53,039 bases of DNA from an uncultured Desulfobacteraceae bacterium (GCA_964635265.1 CAZWNV010000001.1:1-53039); one strand, 5' to 3'; counted from the stretch's first letter, positions 29,460 to 42,181 are shown. Numbers and translations: made by a program. The notes: generated by a model not told the origin, from the letters alone.

Positions 29460-29657
29460 ATGGGAAAAAAAGTTGTGATTGACCAGGATGAATGTGAAGG
29501 CTGCGAATCCTGCGTGGAAATCTGCCCGGAGGTGTTCGGTTTTGACGAAGACAATGAAGTTGCCTATGTCAAGAAACCCGAAGGCGGCCCGGAGGATGAA
29601 ATCGAGGAAGCCATGGACAACTGTCCGGTAGACTGCATTCACTGGGAAGAGGATTAA
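29460..29657 (+). CDS. Small single-cluster ferredoxin
   Basis: 65 aa with CEGCESCVEICP plus a distal CPVDCI, typical of small [3Fe-4S]/[4Fe-4S] ferredoxins. Acidic overall. Confidence 0.85.
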   Translation: MGKKVVIDQDECEGCESCVEICPEVFGFDEDNEVAYVKKPEGGPEDEIEEAMDNCPVDCIHWEED

Positions 29658-29692
29658 GCAGCCTCGCTGCTTGCAGCCCTGTATTTCCAAAT

Positions 29693-29717
29693 AACGCCCC
29701 CGGTCGGGGGCGTTTTT
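29693..29717 (+). terminator. Rho-independent terminator after the ferredoxin gene
   Basis: AACGCCCCC-GGTC-GGGGGCGTT followed by TTT. Confidence 0.75.
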
Positions 29718-29744
29718 ACGCCTCTGCAGAGGCAAGGAGTGCCC

Positions 29745-30725
29745 ATGATCAGCACACGCATCACCGATTTCTTCGGGGTGGAGCGTCCCATTGTCCAGGG
29801 CGGGCTCATGTGGATAGCCCGCGCGGAGCTCACCGCCGCCGTGGCCAATGCGGGCGGTATGGGCTTTCTCACCGCCCTGACCCACCCGGATCCGGAGGGA
29901 CTCCGGGCGGAGATTCAAAAATGCAGGAAACTGACAGATAAACCCTTTGGCGTCAACCTGACCTTTCTGCCCACCTTTCATCCCCCCGACTATCCGGGCT
30001 ATATACAGGTCTGCATCGAGGAGGGGATCCGCTTCCTGGAGACCGCGGGGAGAAACCCGGAGCCCTACATGGAACAGATCAAATCCGCCGGAATCCGGGT
30101 ACTGCACAAATGCACGTCGGTTCGCCACGCGCAGAAAGCCCGGCAGATCGGCTGCGATGCCATCGGCATCGACGGTTTCGAAGCCGCGGGACATCCGGGC
30201 GAGGATGATGTCACCTCCCTTATCCTGGTACCGCTTGCCCGGGACGCGATTGACCTTCCGCTTATCGCCTCGGGAGGGTTTGCCGACGGCCGCGGGCTGG
30301 TCGCGGCTCTCGCCCTGGGGGCCGACGGGATCAATATGGGCACCCGGTTTGTAGCTACCCGGGAGGCACCGCTCCATGAAAATCTCAAAAAAGCCCTTGT
30401 GGATGCAAACGAACGCGACACCCGCCTGATTATGCGCAGCCTGAAAAACACGGAACGGGTCATGCAAAACCCGGTGGCGGACAAGGTGTTGGAGATCGAG
30501 AACCAGCCGGGACAGACCCGGATCGAGGATATCGCCCCGTACGTAGCCGGCGAGAGGGGCCAAAAAATGCTCGAGAGCGGGGACACGGAAAGCGGGATCC
30601 TGGCTGCGGGCCAATGCGTGGGCCTGATCCGGGGCATTCCCACCTGTCAGGAACTGCTGGACACCATTATGCAAGAGGCGGAAACGATCGCCAGAAAACG
30701 GCTTCCGGACCTGTGCAGCAGATAA
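29745..30725 (+). CDS. Nitronate monooxygenase / FabK-like FMN oxidoreductase
   Basis: PIVQGGLMWIA and GADGINMGTRF blocks of the NMO (2-nitropropane dioxygenase) family. The ATG lies 5 nt after AAGGAG. Confidence 0.85.
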   Translation: MISTRITDFFGVERPIVQGGLMWIARAELTAAVANAGGMGFLTALTHPDPEGLRAEIQKCRKLTDKPFGVNLTFLPTFHPPDYPGYIQVCIEEGIRFLETAGRNPEPYMEQIKSAGIRVLHKCTSVRHAQKARQIGCDAIGIDGFEAAGHPGEDDVTSLILVPLARDAIDLPLIASGGFADGRGLVAALALGADGINMGTRFVATREAPLHENLKKALVDANERDTRLIMRSLKNTERVMQNPVADKVLEIENQPGQTRIEDIAPYVAGERGQKMLESGDTESGILAAGQCVGLIRGIPTCQELLDTIMQEAETIARKRLPDLCSR

Positions 30726-30848
30726 GACGGCTGCAGCAAGGCAGACTCCATATCACCACCGGGCAAACATTTGCCCGCCGGATCATGGAACTGGAAGTGT
30801 GAACAGGGCGGGACCGGAGCGCAACAACACAAAAGGGGGATAGTCGCC

Positions 30849-31609
30849 ATGATGCAACGCCTTGTGGCTGCCGGATGGTTTTTCTTTGTGGCCTCGAGCT
30901 CGGTTCTGTTTTTTCTCCTTGCGCTTGTGCTGCGCATCATTACCCGGCCTTTTGACCGCAGGCTCGTGCTGCTGCAGCAGTTCACCTGTTTCTGGGCCTC
31001 TCTCTACACCTGGATCATTCCGGCCTGGCGGATCCATATCACGGGCCGGGAGCATCTTCCCGGCAAAACACCCCACGTGGTGGTCTCCAATCACCAGTCC
31101 CTGCTCGATATCCTGGTTTTGTTCAACCTGTTTTTCCATTTCAAATTCGTATCCAAAATCGAAATATTCAAAATCCCGTTGATCGGCTGGAACATGTATT
31201 TGAACCAGTATATCCGGCTGCGGCGCGGAGATCGCAAAAGCGTCGCCCAAATGATGGCCGACTGCGAAACCGCCATTTCCCGGGGCAATTCCGTGCTGAT
31301 CTTCCCCGAGGGCACGCGCTCGCCCGACGGCGAAATCAAGGACTTCAAGCCCGGCGCCTTTATTGTGGCGCACCGGACAAAAAGCCCCATTCTGCCGGTT
31401 GCTATCGCCGGAACCAATTCGGCGCTCCCCAAATACAGCCTCAACTTCCACGGCCGGCACGATATCCGGATGCACGTGCTGGAGCCCATTGCCTATGAGC
31501 GTTTTGCCCATCTTTCCGTGGAGGATACCGCGGCCCTGGTGCGCCGGATTATCCGGGAGAGCCACGAAGCAATCCGCCAGCAGAGTTCGCAGACCGGCGG
31601 TCCGGGAAC

Positions 31610-31628
<19 letters not shown>
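30849..31628 (+). CDS. plsC: 1-acyl-sn-glycerol-3-phosphate acyltransferase
   Basis: NHQSLLD (HX4D) and FPEGTRS blocks; N-terminal membrane helix. Start set at MMQRLVAAGWFFF. Confidence 0.83.
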
Positions 31629-34810
<3,182 letters not shown>

Positions 34811-34855
34811 ACATGCTCCTTTTTGTTTCGCTGCAAAACGATGGAAAAAACAGCC

Positions 34856-36259
34856 TTAGAAGTACCCGCTCCCGTCCCAGCAATGGGTACAGAGACTTTC
34901 CTTGGGCAGGCCGATGGCCTCAACCGTATCCTCCAGCAGCTGGAACCTCAGGGAGGTAAGCACCAGTTGCTCCCGGATCCTCTCCACCATGGCCCGGTTC
35001 CTGTCGGAGCCGGATATCGCGTATTCGGCCACGGCATCCATGTTGCCCCCTTCGAGCTCGTAAATCACCTTTCGGCCGAGCAGATCCAGCGAGGAGCGGG
35101 AAGGGGAAAAATTCAGAAACTCGCAGGGGTAAATCAGCGTGGGGCAAGCGGCCCGCATGTGCACCTCCCTGGCCCCGTAATCAAACAAAAGCTGCGCGTT
35201 GTCCTTTAACTGGGTGCCGCGGACAATCGAGTCATCGCAGAACACCACCCGCTTGTCCGCGATCATCTGCGGGATGGGGATCAATTTCATCTTCGCCACC
35301 AAATCCCGCATACTCGCATCCTGGGGCATAAAGCTCCGGGGCCAGGTGGGCGTATACTTGACAAAGGGGCGTTTGTAGGGGATCTGCTTGCGATTGGAAT
35401 AGCCGATGGCATGGCCGATTCCCGAGTCCGGGATGCCGGCTACATAATCCACCGCGGTCTCATCGCGGTCCGCCAGGGCCCACCCGCACCTGTAGCGGAC
35501 CTCCTCCACATTGATTCCCTCGTAGCTGGAGGCGGGGTAGCCGTAATAAACCCAGAGAAAGGAGCAGACCTGGAGTTTGTCGCCCGGAGCCTTGCGCTGC
35601 TCATAGCCCTCTTCCGTAAAAAAGACGATCTCGCCCGGCCCCAGGAACTTCTCCGTCTCATAGCCCAGATTGAAAAACGCGCAGGTCTCCGAGGTGGCGG
35701 CGTAGGTGCCTTCTCTTCGCCCGATCACGACGGGCGTCCGGCCAAGCCGGTCCCGGGCCGCATAGACACCCTGCTCGGTCAGCAGCAGAAGCGAGCAGGA
35801 CCCCCGAATCATCTCCTGGGCATGGGCGATCCCCTCCTCATAACTGCTTTTCTGATTGATCAGCATGGCCACAAGCTCGGTGGGATTGACCGCTCCCTCC
35901 GAGGCCTCGGAGAAATGCATGCCCCGGCTGAAGGCCTGACGGGCAAGTTCATGGAGATTGTTGACCTTGCCCACCATGACGAGCCCGAAAGTCCCCAGGT
36001 GAGAGCCGATAATCAGAGGCTGGGCATCTGTGTCACTGATCACCCCGATGCCCTTTCTCCCGCTCAAATTCGGCAGCTCAGGCTCCAGCTTGGTACGAAA
36101 ATAGGTATTTTCAATATTTTTAATTGTTTTTTTCATTCCGCGGCGGTTCTGGAAGGCCAGGCCGCCCCGTTTTGTCCCGAGATGCGAATGATAGTCCGTT
36201 CCGTAAAACACATCAGTTACACAATCCTGCCTGGATACGCACCCGAAAAAACCGCCCAT
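34856..36259 (-). CDS. Amidophosphoribosyltransferase (PurF)-family paralog lacking the N-terminal nucleophile Cys
   Basis: Class-II amidotransferase fold followed by a PRTase domain with the PRPP loop VVFCDDSIVRGTQL. An RBS (GGAGAGG, 7-nt spacer) places the start at ATG 36259, giving MGGFFG where PurF has MCG[IV]xG. Confidence 0.82.
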   Translation of the reverse strand: MGGFFGCVSRQDCVTDVFYGTDYHSHLGTKRGGLAFQNRRGMKKTIKNIENTYFRTKLEPELPNLSGRKGIGVISDTDAQPLIIGSHLGTFGLVMVGKVNNLHELARQAFSRGMHFSEASEGAVNPTELVAMLINQKSSYEEGIAHAQEMIRGSCSLLLLTEQGVYAARDRLGRTPVVIGRREGTYAATSETCAFFNLGYETEKFLGPGEIVFFTEEGYEQRKAPGDKLQVCSFLWVYYGYPASSYEGINVEEVRYRCGWALADRDETAVDYVAGIPDSGIGHAIGYSNRKQIPYKRPFVKYTPTWPRSFMPQDASMRDLVAKMKLIPIPQMIADKRVVFCDDSIVRGTQLKDNAQLLFDYGAREVHMRAACPTLIYPCEFLNFSPSRSSLDLLGRKVIYELEGGNMDAVAEYAISGSDRNRAMVERIREQLVLTSLRFQLLEDTVEAIGLPKESLCTHCWDGSGYF

Positions 36260-36320
36260 ACAAAAACCTCTCCGATTCGCTGCCACGCTGCCGGCAAGCC
36301 GCAGCAACCGCCTCCGTCGA

Positions 36321-37202
36321 CTACAAATGAATACGATACTTTTTCAAAAAACCGATCGGATTATAGGAGAGCTTGGCTTTTCGCAAACCCTCATCCCCGG
36401 CATCCTGTTCCCGGTTAACCTGCCGCACCTGCTGCTCCGGCTGCTGCTGCAGAAACAGCTGGTTAATCGCCTGGTAAGCCCCTTTATATTCCGGACATCC
36501 CTTCTCGAAATGAATCAGCAGGGTATCGGCCGTCAGCATCTCCCCGATGGTATAGGCGACAATCAGATCCTCCACGAAAATACAGCCGCCCATCAGTTTC
36601 TCAAGCGCCCCCCAGTTTCGAAGGGTTTTCATGATCGCCTGGTTTTCCGCGCTAAGCTGGCTGGAAGAATCGCAGAGCCGCCAGGTGCACCAGTCATCCT
36701 GCAGGGCCATGGCCCGATCCGCCATCTCCGCGTTCATCTCCACGTAGGCATAGCTGTTTTTCCTTTTAAACTGGTTCACCAGGTTTTTTTTCTTGTGAAA
36801 CCGATTGCCGGGAAGATCCCGAAGCTCGCGGGCATCATAGAGATAATCGAACTGATCCGGCTCCGGTTCCGCCTCCATGCGGCTTCCAAAGACCTGCTCC
36901 CAGATATCGCAGAGTTCCTGCGGAACACGGGTAAAGTGCCTGCATTCGGCCGGGAGAGCCGCCCGCACGGCCTTCCAGTCCTGCCCGGCCCAGTTGCCCA
37001 CCGGTGCCCATAATAGCGTTTCCGGCTCCTGCTGCCGGATCCATACAAGCTCCCCGGTCCATGCCCACTGCAGCCCGTAGACCTCCGACCAGCTCCAGAG
37101 ATTGGCAAAACTGTAGTCCGAGCAGACCTGGGGGCAGCTCTGCAGACGGGCCTGGTACTCCGCCTGGCGGTCCAGTTCGATAGCCTGAAAGGAAAGCCTC
37201 AT
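36321..37202 (-). CDS. DUF2156 domain protein (related to the C-terminal aminoacyl-transferase domain of MprF/LysX-type lipid lysyltransferases)
   Basis: 293 aa. The N-terminal block CSDYSFANLWSWSEVYGL matches what I recall of DUF2156. The assignment is from memory of the family only. Confidence 0.6.
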   Translation of the reverse strand: MRLSFQAIELDRQAEYQARLQSCPQVCSDYSFANLWSWSEVYGLQWAWTGELVWIRQQEPETLLWAPVGNWAGQDWKAVRAALPAECRHFTRVPQELCDIWEQVFGSRMEAEPEPDQFDYLYDARELRDLPGNRFHKKKNLVNQFKRKNSYAYVEMNAEMADRAMALQDDWCTWRLCDSSSQLSAENQAIMKTLRNWGALEKLMGGCIFVEDLIVAYTIGEMLTADTLLIHFEKGCPEYKGAYQAINQLFLQQQPEQQVRQVNREQDAGDEGLRKAKLSYNPIGFLKKYRIHL

Positions 37203-37792
37203 ACCTCCTCGCGAAAAGACTGTGCCAGGGTGCTTCCGCGTTCGTACGCGGTCTCCATGGCCTCGGGCCGGTGCAGCACATCGCCGGCAAAATCCACGCC
37301 CCGCACCAGAAGTGAATCCCAGAGTTCCATATCCAGCACATCAAAAAAATATTTCATCGTCAGCAGAGTCCCGTCGAAAAGCTTTTTGCCCCTTGTCGCG
37401 CCTGCGGCAATTACAAGGCCCCGCCGCACCGGCGTCCATTGATTATACGGCGTCCCCTCAATCCAGTATTTTTTGACCCACAAGGACTGGCATCGGTCCA
37501 TGAACAGCTTCAAATGGGCGCTTACGGTATAGAAAAAAATCGGCGTCGCCACGATCAGCCCCCTGCAGGCCAGGATCCGATCCCGAATTTCCTGAAAATC
37601 ATCTTTAATAACACACTCGCCCGCTTCTTTGCATCCATAAATTTCCAGGCAGGGCGAAATGCGGAAATCCCGCAAAATGATTTCATCCACTTCTGCTCCG
37701 GCATCCCGGGCACCTTCCACCGCGCGCTTGACAAGAGCGGCTGTGTTGCCCTGCCGCCGAGGGCTGCCATAGACCGCTGCAATATCCCCCAT
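37199..37792 (-). CDS. NADPH-dependent FMN reductase / iron-sulfur-flavoprotein-like flavodoxin-fold protein
   Basis: AAVYGSPRRQGNTAALV is an FMN-binding N-terminal loop; about 197 aa. The stop overlaps the DUF2156 start (ATGA). Confidence 0.8.
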   Translation of the reverse strand: MGDIAAVYGSPRRQGNTAALVKRAVEGARDAGAEVDEIILRDFRISPCLEIYGCKEAGECVIKDDFQEIRDRILACRGLIVATPIFFYTVSAHLKLFMDRCQSLWVKKYWIEGTPYNQWTPVRRGLVIAAGATRGKKLFDGTLLTMKYFFDVLDMELWDSLLVRGVDFAGDVLHRPEAMETAYERGSTLAQSFREEV

Positions 37793-37875
37793 ATCTCCCC
37801 TCTCCCCTGATCTGTTCCCGCATCCGGGCCCCGCCCTCCCTGCGCCGGGGCTCTGTCACCGCCTTTTCCCTCCTG

Positions 37876-38673
37876 CTACTGCTTGACAATCAAGCCCACC
37901 GGGCAATGATCCGAGCCGGTAATGTCGTCTGCAATAAAGGCCTCCCGGATACGGCCGTTTGTTATCATGTCTCTTGTGACGAAAAAGTAATCAATACGCC
38001 AGCCCGCGTTCCGCTCCCGCGCCCTGGAACGGTAACTCCACCAGGAATACTGCACCCGCTCCGGATACAAAAAGCGGAAGGTATCGACGTAGCCCTCCGC
38101 CTCTATGGCGTCCAGCCAGTCCCGTTCCACCCGCAGAAATCCTGAGGTTTTGGCGTTTGCCCGGGGATTTTTCAAATCAATCTCATGGTGGGCTGTATTG
38201 TAATCCCCTGTTATGACCAGGCTCCTGCCGGCCCTCTTGAACTCGGCCGCATAGGCAAAAAAATCCCGGTAAAATTCCAGCTTATAGGAGAGCCGCTCCT
38301 CGCTCATCTGGCCATTGGGGAAATAGATATTAAAAAGAAGGAAGGAGCCAAGGTCAATCCCCAGAATCCGGCCCTCCGCATCGTAGTCGGGGATGCCGAT
38401 GCCGTAATGGACAGCCTCCGGAACAGGTTTGGACCAGGCCGCCACCCCGGAATAGCCTTTTTTGACCGTACAATGCGACCAGTAGGAACGGTAGCCCGGG
38501 ATCTCCTTTACAGCCGGATCCAACTGATGCTCCTGGAGCTTGGTCTCCTGAACACAAAAAACATCAGCATCCATGGCTGCAAACACCTCCATGAAATTTT
38601 TTTTCAAAGCCGCCCGCAGTCCGTTTACATTCCAGGAGACGAGCTTGAGGCTATCCTTGTTCTGCTGTTCCAT
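37876..38673 (-). CDS. xthA: Exodeoxyribonuclease III
   Basis: SWNVNGLRA, CVQETK and a C-terminal GSDHCPV are EEP-family ExoIII signatures. Confidence 0.93.
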   Translation of the reverse strand: MEQQNKDSLKLVSWNVNGLRAALKKNFMEVFAAMDADVFCVQETKLQEHQLDPAVKEIPGYRSYWSHCTVKKGYSGVAAWSKPVPEAVHYGIGIPDYDAEGRILGIDLGSFLLFNIYFPNGQMSEERLSYKLEFYRDFFAYAAEFKRAGRSLVITGDYNTAHHEIDLKNPRANAKTSGFLRVERDWLDAIEAEGYVDTFRFLYPERVQYSWWSYRSRARERNAGWRIDYFFVTRDMITNGRIREAFIADDITGSDHCPVGLIVKQ

Positions 38674-38688
38674 CCGCTGCCTCCTGCT

Positions 38689-39978
38689 TCAGGCCCGGCG
38701 CCGGCAGCCGGTTGCCCGCGCAATCATGCTGCCCAGTTCCCGGTGGAGCTTGTCATAGGAATAATAGCCGGCCGCCACCTCATAATTGTGATTGACCACG
38801 CGTTCCCTGAGGTCCGGATCATCCAGGATCCGGCGGGTGTCGTGCACCGCCTGCTCCGTTACAAAACCGTCGAGTTCAATCACGGAAAATCCCTTGGGCC
38901 GGATATCCACGGCGTAAATGGAGTAGGCGTTAACGACGATGGGTTTTTTAAAATACACGGCTTCCAGAAACGCATTGCCAAAGCCCTCGTATGTGGAGGG
39001 GTAGGTCACCAGATCAGCATGCGGATAAATGTCGTAGAGGGGGTAGATTTTGCGGCCGTCCGCTGTCCATCCCCTCTGATCATGAATCACATCGGAGACA
39101 AAAATGGTGTCCACCCCCATCATCCGGGAGTACTCCCGGATGCGCTGCTCGTATTGATATCCCTCGTCGCCCGAGGCATGCGATATCACCAGCTTTGCCG
39201 GCATGGCCAAGCGGTGCACCAGTTCAATGGCATGTTCGATGCCCTTGCGCTTCACCACCCGCGTCGGCTGCAGTACAAACAACTCGTCCCCGCCTATCCC
39301 CAAAGCCCCGCGTACGTCGGCAGCGTATGCCGAAGGAGGGGGAGGAGGCTCGGCAAAGTTCATGACATTGGGAACAATACGCGAGGAAATACCGGTGCGC
39401 AGGCTTAGCTGATCGGCAGCCGCGGAGCTGATGACCGCATGCTCAATACGGGGAAGATGCGGCGGGAAGGCCATTTTCAAATAATCGTAGACGGCATTGG
39501 TCAAAAACCGTTGCCGCTCCCAGTAAAAATCATGATGATGGGCTATGGCGGGGATGGGAATCTCGCACAAAAGCTCGGTTATAGCCAGTCCCAGCGGGAT
39601 GTTCAGGGGAATGGCCAGAGCGTTTTCCACCACCAGAAGATCCAGCTGAAAACGGGAGACAAAATCATAGAGGCCGTCCTTGATCCTGTTCTTGATCGAC
39701 TGGATCTTCTCGGTTACAAAGCGGCCCCGTTCGTAGACACCGAAGACACTCTCATGGATTTCCGCAATCTCCGGGTGCCGGAAGTCGGCTTCCGGGCACA
39801 CATAAATGCGATCCGCCGGTCGATCCAGCTGGCCGGCAAAATAATAACAACCGAAGCCCTTGTCTTCACAAGCCTCCGCCCATTTCACGGTCTCCAGAGA
39901 CACCCCGTCTGTACCCGTAAACCGCGTAGAGATGAAGCCCGCATTGTGTGACTGCCCACAATAACTGCAATATGCCAT
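38689..39978 (-). CDS. Glycosyltransferase family 4 (GT-B) protein, acceptor unknown
   Basis: C-terminal GT1/GT4 block STYEGFGNAFLEAVYFKKPIVV (E-x7-E region); 429 aa. Confidence 0.8.
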   Translation of the reverse strand: MAYCSYCGQSHNAGFISTRFTGTDGVSLETVKWAEACEDKGFGCYYFAGQLDRPADRIYVCPEADFRHPEIAEIHESVFGVYERGRFVTEKIQSIKNRIKDGLYDFVSRFQLDLLVVENALAIPLNIPLGLAITELLCEIPIPAIAHHHDFYWERQRFLTNAVYDYLKMAFPPHLPRIEHAVISSAAADQLSLRTGISSRIVPNVMNFAEPPPPPSAYAADVRGALGIGGDELFVLQPTRVVKRKGIEHAIELVHRLAMPAKLVISHASGDEGYQYEQRIREYSRMMGVDTIFVSDVIHDQRGWTADGRKIYPLYDIYPHADLVTYPSTYEGFGNAFLEAVYFKKPIVVNAYSIYAVDIRPKGFSVIELDGFVTEQAVHDTRRILDDPDLRERVVNHNYEVAAGYYSYDKLHRELGSMIARATGCRRRA

Positions 39979-40206
39979 CGTTTCAGAAGGATCGAATTGT
40001 AAAATAATACCAATAAAAAGGAAAGGTTATAATTGTATTCTGCCCTATATCAGGACAACAGACAAAACGCAACGGCAAAATGGCATAAAGAACAGGGCAA
40101 GGGCCGCCGACAAGAATTGTGCCTTGACAGTGTGTCCGTTTTCATTCTAAAGGCTGTTTATTCGGATGGTCTGTGCAACTTTACCAAAACCGGGAAAGAC
40201 AGGCAT

Positions 40207-40626
40207 ATGCTGGATGTTCGCGTTAACCTGATCAAAAACCGGCTCTACCTCACCCTGGGCTGGACCCAGCGGGACAAACTCAACAAGGCCTTCCCGGCCA
40301 TTGCAAAAGCCGCAGACAAACTCAGTCCGGGCTTTTCCTGCATCACCCGGGTCATTGACGCCCGGGGGATACAGAGCTCGGATATCAGGGAGATCCAGAA
40401 GGTACAGCAGTATCTGATTGACTGCGGAATGCGCCGGGTCGTACGCGTCGGCGAAGAAACCGGCAAAAGACTCCTCCGGTTAGCCGGCATGCAGTACGAA
40501 TCCATCTGCACAGAAGCAGCCTCACCTGAAGAAGCGGAGACCCTGCTGGATGCAGGGCTCCCGGCCCGGCCCTATGGTTTTCTGGGCAGCAAGGCAGGCG
40601 AGAACCCGGTTTCCCTGACCGGCTGA
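40207..40626 (+). CDS. Hypothetical protein (possibly a STAS/SpoIIAA-like fold)
   Basis: I trimmed the ORF-track entry to ATG 40207, because the upstream part lies in AT-rich, non-coding-looking sequence. The alternating beta/alpha pattern NRLYLTLGW...FSCITRVID...RRVVRVG suggests a small alpha/beta domain. No motif was identified. Confidence 0.5.
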   Translation: MLDVRVNLIKNRLYLTLGWTQRDKLNKAFPAIAKAADKLSPGFSCITRVIDARGIQSSDIREIQKVQQYLIDCGMRRVVRVGEETGKRLLRLAGMQYESICTEAASPEEAETLLDAGLPARPYGFLGSKAGENPVSLTG

Positions 40627-40712
40627 AGCTTTTTATTGACTCCCGGCGGCGGCGATATTATAAAGAAGTATGCAATGGGCGGATCCTTTGCCAACCCTCC
40701 AGCATCCGGCAG

Positions 40713-41273
40713 ATGGAAGTTATGAAGGAAGAACCCCAAATCGAAAAATTCCTACCGGATATCAAGAGCGTCAAAATCTTCCACTGGCTCGACGAAATCG
40801 AACTCCGAAAACTTCTGGCCGTCTCCCGCCTCCTCTACTTTGAAAAGGATGAAACCATTATCAACCAGGGGGATGTGGGCAAAAATCTCTATGTCATCAT
40901 CCGGGGCGCGGTCGAGGTTTCCATTACCAACAAGCAGCAGCAGAAAGTGGTGATATGCACCATCGATCCCGGTGAAATCTTCGGCGAAGCGGCCATTTTT
41001 CTGGCCTCCAGAAGAACCGCGACCATCGTCTGCTTAAATGATACCACAGCCATGGAAATCAGCAGACCGGATTTGATCCATTTCTTCAAAACCTACCCCA
41101 CAGCCGGCAACAAGCTGTTGATGCTCATCGTGTTAAGCCTTCTGGAGAAACTGCGGCATGCAAACGAGGACCTGATGCTGGAGAAACAGACACAGGTGAA
41201 TTTTGGCGAAGCCAGTGAACTCATCCGGGAATTTATCCGGGAAAGCGGGAGCCCGCCGGACGCGTCCCAATAG
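40713..41273 (+). CDS. Cyclic-nucleotide-binding domain protein without a recognisable output domain
   Basis: cNMP-binding beta-roll signature GDVGKNLYVIIRGAV...FGEAAIFLASRRTATIVC. It is 186 aa, with only a helical tail after the domain and no HTH. Confidence 0.8.
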   Translation: MEVMKEEPQIEKFLPDIKSVKIFHWLDEIELRKLLAVSRLLYFEKDETIINQGDVGKNLYVIIRGAVEVSITNKQQQKVVICTIDPGEIFGEAAIFLASRRTATIVCLNDTTAMEISRPDLIHFFKTYPTAGNKLLMLIVLSLLEKLRHANEDLMLEKQTQVNFGEASELIREFIRESGSPPDASQ

Positions 41274-41275
41274 TT

Positions 41276-42181
41276 ATGGAACCGGTTTACCTACAGACCG
41301 CCAGAAGCGGAAAACTGGCCGAAAAAGCCCGCAAAAGCCGCGAAATCCTGAAAAACTGCGCACTCTGTCCGCGAATGTGCGGTGTGGATCGCACTGCCGG
41401 GGATACAGGTGTTTGCCGGACCGCGGATACCGCCTGGATTTCCTCTTTTAATGCGCACTTCGGCGAAGAGGCCCCCTTGGTTGGCCGCAATGGATCCGGC
41501 ACGATTTTCTTCACCTTCTGCAACCTGATGTGCTGCTTCTGCCAAAACTTCGATGTCAGCCATGAAGGGCACGGCAGCCCCGCGGAACCGGAGGAACTGG
41601 CATCGATCATGCTGGCAATCCAGAACGAGGGCTGCCACAACATCAACCTGGTAACGCCGACCCATATCGTGCCCCAGCTTCTTTCCGCGCTGGAGATAGC
41701 TGTCGATGCGGGGCTCAGACTCCCTATTGTATACAACTCCAGCGGCTATGACAAAGTGGAGACCCTGGTGCTGCTCGAAGGGGTCGTCGATATTTATATG
41801 CCGGACTTCAAGTTCTGGGATCCGGTTGTTGCAGAGGCGGCCTGCAGCGCTCCCGACTATCCGGAAGCAGCCAGAGCCGCCATATCGGAAATGCACCGCC
41901 AGGTCGGCGATCTTTTTATCGACACGGACGGGATCGCCCGCTCCGGCCTTCTGGTGCGCCACTTGGTACTGCCGGAGAACCTGGCAGGAACCCGGGAAAT
42001 CATGCGGTTTCTCCAGGAATCCATCTCCGCCGGCACCTATGTAAACATTATGCCCCAATACCGGCCCTGCGGCAATTATCACCAAGTAGCGGGGCTCAAC
42101 CGGCGGATTACCACAGCCGAATTTCAGCAAGCCCTGCAGGCGGCAAGGGAGGAAGGAATCACCCGGCTTGACCGAAGGTAA
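41276..42181 (+). CDS. Radical SAM protein, PflX-type (COG1313; homolog of PFL-activating enzymes)
   Basis: N-terminal CALCPRMCGVDR...GVC and the radical-SAM triad in FCNLMCCFCQN. It starts 2 nt after the stop of the cNMP-binding gene. Confidence 0.85.
   Translation: MEPVYLQTARSGKLAEKARKSREILKNCALCPRMCGVDRTAGDTGVCRTADTAWISSFNAHFGEEAPLVGRNGSGTIFFTFCNLMCCFCQNFDVSHEGHGSPAEPEELASIMLAIQNEGCHNINLVTPTHIVPQLLSALEIAVDAGLRLPIVYNSSGYDKVETLVLLEGVVDIYMPDFKFWDPVVAEAACSAPDYPEAARAAISEMHRQVGDLFIDTDGIARSGLLVRHLVLPENLAGTREIMRFLQESISAGTYVNIMPQYRPCGNYHQVAGLNRRITTAEFQQALQAAREEGITRLDRR

Noticed and set aside
30760-30775. 16-bp palindrome GGGCAAACATTTGCCC after the NMO-like gene
   Set aside because: As RNA it would leave only a 2-nt loop, and no U-tract follows. 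That is too weak to call a terminator or an operator.
36260-36307. N-terminal extension of the PurF paralog (MLRLAGSVAANRRGFC...), which would supply a Cys as a processed propeptide as in B. subtilis PurF
   Set aside because: A good RBS sits 7 nt before ATG 36259. In addition, the GFFG block aligns so that Gly, not the upstream Cys, occupies the nucleophile position. I kept it as a stated alternative in the finding.
38185-39408. 407-aa plus-strand ORF
   Set aside because: It is antisense and spans the xthA/GT4 boundary. No motif was found.
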